Source of the DNA: Octopus bimaculoides
Lineage: Eukaryota
Assembly: GCF_001194135.2 (NCBI RefSeq)
Contig: NC_068981.1
Span: 173,228,277 to 173,292,276 of the forward strand
Reading direction: 5' to 3'
Length of the DNA: 64,000 bases
The notes under the pieces are model-generated. The model saw nothing but the letters and a program-made list of their open reading frames with translations. It did no database searches and was not told the origin of the DNA. Shown here in pieces: positions 60,506-64,000 of this stretch. Position 1 is the stretch's first letter; the number at the start of each line of letters is the position of its first letter. The position numbers and the translations under genes are program-made.

Positions 60506-62304
60506 ATCAGGCTTCTTCTAGTTTCCATAAACCAAATCCATTCAGTTGAATGACAAAGGAACAGGAATCACATAATCAACTTCATTAGCTCACAACTGTT
60601 TCAGTTATAAGAAACAGTGCATTCACAGCTGAGTGCTTATGGATCATCTTATAGCTTCATTGGAGCCTTTTAAACATACATACATACATACATACATACA
60701 CCCATGCTAACGTGTATGTTAGCTAATGAAGTTGATTATGTAATTCTTGTCTTGTCATTTGATTAATTCGTATTACACTCTGTACTCATCCAATGCTTTA
60801 TTCTGAAGCCTATGTATATTGAGTTCTGGCTGCAGGTTATTAGTATTGCTATGCCTAAGCAAAATCTTAAAATATATATGTATATCTATATATGTGAATA
60901 TATGTGTGTGTGTATATGAGTGAGTGTATGTATATTTGTATCTCCTTGTCTTGACATCATGTGATAGTTGTAAATAAGTGTCACTATCATACAAGCTGTA
61001 TCATTCATTTCCAATATTCTGTGATATTGTCTGGTGATGGGAAAACATTACTTTGCTTGGAAACAGGTGAATGTTGGCAACAAGAAGGGCATCCAGCTGT
61101 AGAAAATCTGACCCAATATCACTGTCTGCCCCATGCAAGCATAGAAAAGTGGACATTAAAATGATGCCACCTCCACTACTACTGCAGCCACTGCTGTCGC
61201 TACCACTGCAACCAGCAACAATGATGATGACACTACTGCTGCCAACACCGCTGACAACTGCAAAGAGCCAGAACAGGTACTGCATCACATGTCGTATGAT
61301 TCTCTAACAGTTCTGCAAATCTACCATCCTTAACTGGTACTTTATTTATCAGCACCCACTTTCCGTCAAATGGATGAAAGATACAGGTAACCTCAGTGAG
61401 ATTAGATCTCAGCATATGTAGAGCTGAAACAAGTACCACAAGGCATCCTCAATCATTCAAGACACTTGACACTTGATGCTGCTGCTGATGAAGATGATAA
61501 TAATGATGACAACGATGATAATAGGATAGGATTTTAGTGAAGTGATGATGATGATGGTGTTATGTTGGTGTTGTTGTTTAATCTCAGGTCAGTCTTAACT
61601 GAGCAGACCAATGAATGATTAAAGCATTCCAGCTATGACCTGCTTATAGGGCCGATGTAACTTGTCCTTATACAAGTTGTTGTGGTGTGATTTAAAAGAG
61701 ATTTGGTTGTTGTTTCTAGAAAATTGAATGACCATGTAGAAGCTTTCTTGGTGGCTCAGTAATAGTAGTGAGAATACTCACATGGGAAATTCTAACATTT
61801 ACTGTTCTTGTAAATATCAGTGATATTGCTAACTAATATGCAGCTTCCACTCATATTGACACACAAACCTCTGCTTCTACTGTTCATATTTCTGATGCTA
61901 CTAACTCCCCCATTGTTATTATTATTGCTGCAGTGAATAATATCAACACCACCATAGCCATCCATCTCTTTTATTGCTACTACTATTGTTACTATTGTGC
62001 TGTGCTGTGGCTAACACTACATCTGTTGCTGCTACTACTTATACTTCTAATGACAGTGCTATTGGTATAAATACTACTTTCTTTATTATGGAAAATTCAT
62101 CAAAAAGCTGGATAAGATGCTTTCGTTCTGCCTCTTTACATTGAATTCAAAACCAGCTGAGGTCAACTTTATATTTTATTCTGCCAGGGTTGATAAAATA
62201 ATGTATCTATCTAGACTGAGATATTATAAGTCTCCAAGGCAGGTGATTTAATCAACTAACACCCTATCCTTAAATTTCTGGTCTTGTGTTTACATTAGAA
62301 ACAT

Positions 62305-62765
62305 CATCATCTTCATCATCATCGTTTAACGTCCGCTTTCCATGCTAGCATGGGTTGGACGATTTGACTGAGGACTGGTGAACCAGATGGCTACACCAGG
62401 CTCCAATCTGATTTGGCAGAGTTTCTACAGCTGGATGCCCTTCCTAATGCCAACCACTCCGAGAGTGTAGTGGATGCTTTTATGTGCCACCTGCACGAAG
62501 GCCAGTCAGGCGGTACTGGCAACGGCCACGCTCAAAATGGTGTATTTTACGTGCCACCTGCACAGGAGCCAGTCCAGCAGCACTGGCAACGATCTCGCTT
62601 GAATGTCTCTGCATGTGCCACCGGCACAAGTGCCAGGAAGACGACGCTGGGCACAGGTGCCATCACGATTTCACTTTCGCCAAGTTTCGTGTCCAATGAA
62701 GGAGACGACATTGGCATGGGTGCCAGTCATTGAATTTAGTTCGATTTCGATTTCACTTGCCTCAT
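62305..62765 (-). mobile_element. RTE LINE 3'UTR/tail copy
   Basis: High identity to 15817-16097 and 59412-59945. Confidence 0.9.
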
Positions 62766-62779
62766 ATTATTATTATTGT

Positions 62780-63200
62780 TTAAGGTGGCAAGCTGACAGA
62801 ATCATTGGCATGCTGGACAAATGCTTAGCAGCATTTTTTCAAGCTTTATGTTCTAGGTTGAAATCCCGCTGAGGTCAACTTTGCCTTTCATCCTTTTGGG
62901 GTCAATAAAATAAGTACCAGTTGAGCACTGGGGACGATGTAATCGACTTACCCCTCTCCCGAAATTTCTGGCCTTGTTCCAAAATTTGAAACTATTATTA
63001 TTGTTTAAGGTGGTGAGCTGACAGAATCATTGACATTCCAGAGAAATCCTTAGCAGCATTTTTTTCTGGCTTTACATTCTGAGTTCAAATGCCACCAAGG
63101 TCAACTTCGCTTTCAGGAACAATAAAATAAATACCAGTCAAACACTGAGTTAATATAATTGATTTCCCCCTCCCCTCAAAATTGCTGACCCTGTGCCAAA
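62780..63200 (+). mobile_element. Tandem dimer of family B SINE
   Basis: TTGTTTAAGGTGG..AGCTGACAGAATCATTG begins at ~62776 and again at ~63001. Confidence 0.8.
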
Positions 63201-63519
63201 AATTAAAAAGAATAATCTTTATTGTTGTGCTATGGTGGAGTGATGGAGTGGCAGAAATGGTAAGGAACTGAGTTCAATGCTTCTCAGTATTTAACATTCA
63301 GATTAAATTGTATTACAATTTTTATTTATTGGCATTGTTTTGAATTAATCAGGCATTATCTTGCTACCTTCAAGATTTTGATGATGTGATTGTATATTTT
63401 TTGAATGACGTTGTACCATAAGCGCTAGAGATCCAAACTGTTTGGTTTGAACATAAAACAGGTAGAATATTTTGGCCTTGTGCCTGTAAGGTCAAATTTG
63501 CCTTTCATCCTTCCCTCAT

Positions 63520-63830
63520 CATCTTGATCATTTAACATCCGTTTTCCATGCTGGCATGGGTTGGATGGTTTGACAGGAGCTGGCCAGCCGGAGAGATACC
63601 TGGGCTCCAATTGTCTGTTTTGGTATGGTTTCTGCGGCTGAATGCCCTTCTTAACACCAACCACTTTACAGAGTGTACTGAGTACTTTTTACATGGTGCT
63701 AATATGGGTACTTTATACATGGCACTGGCACAGGTGTTTTACATGTGGCATTGGCACAGGTACTATATATGTGACACTGACATGGGTGATTCATACATGG
63801 CATCAGCAGGGATGTTTTTTTTTTATGTGC
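63520..63830 (-). mobile_element. LINE 3'UTR/tail copy
   Basis: CATTTAACATCCGTTTTCCATGCTGGCATGGGTTGGA. Confidence 0.75.
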
Positions 63831-64000
63831 ACTGACACATAAGTTGATAAAATAAATACCGGTTTATTGGTATTTTGATTTCAGTACTATTGGAATCAAA
63901 TCAAATTATTGCCTGGTTTGATTCTAGTACTATTGATATAAACACCACTTTTTTATTATAGAAAATTCATTAGAAAACCAGATAAAATGCTTCTGTTCTG

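Noticed and set aside
60961-61170. SVILSGDGKTLLCLETG followed by a GT donor, a possible next WD40 exon
   Set aside because: It runs directly into the common GAAGGGCATCC.GCTGTAGAAA retroelement tail and does not match the expected next WDR88 segment (..GHEGSVSSC..).

Overview
AT-rich, repeat-dense animal genomic DNA with seven assembly gaps. The SINE/LINE families and gap style suggest a cephalopod, probably Octopus; this is an inference. Two multi-exon protein-coding genes are well supported on the + strand. (1) ATF7IP/MCAF1 (windei): 8 coding exons at 13471-32669 in continuous phase, with an acidic N-terminal region, coiled coil, IDLT-acidic SIM and a C-terminal FN3 domain. Its start codon lies in an unidentified upstream exon. 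(2) A WDR88-like WD40 gene: exons at ~44705-59099, with exon 1 mostly in a gap and the 3' end beyond the window. Between them a phase-consistent chain of minus-strand exons (33546-40226) suggests a small unrecognised gene, convergent with ATF7IP and divergent from WDR88. The rest is RTE and R4/Dong LINE remnants, tRNA-derived SINEs, mariner/Tc1/hAT/piggyBac/Helitron remnants, MITEs and microsatellites. The main observations are: (a) a ~341-bp tandem repeat at 216-1190 in which each unit carries a type I hammerhead ribozyme motif, with an internal inversion and a flanking direct repeat (a retrozyme-like locus); (b) a head-to-head palindromic tRNA-headed element with a minimal Penelope-type hammerhead; and (c) a stop-free 405-nt, phase-0/0 candidate cassette exon in an ATF7IP intron encoding 23-aa STPR-like basic repeats, next to a decayed tandem copy. 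All calls were made by eye, with no database searches.
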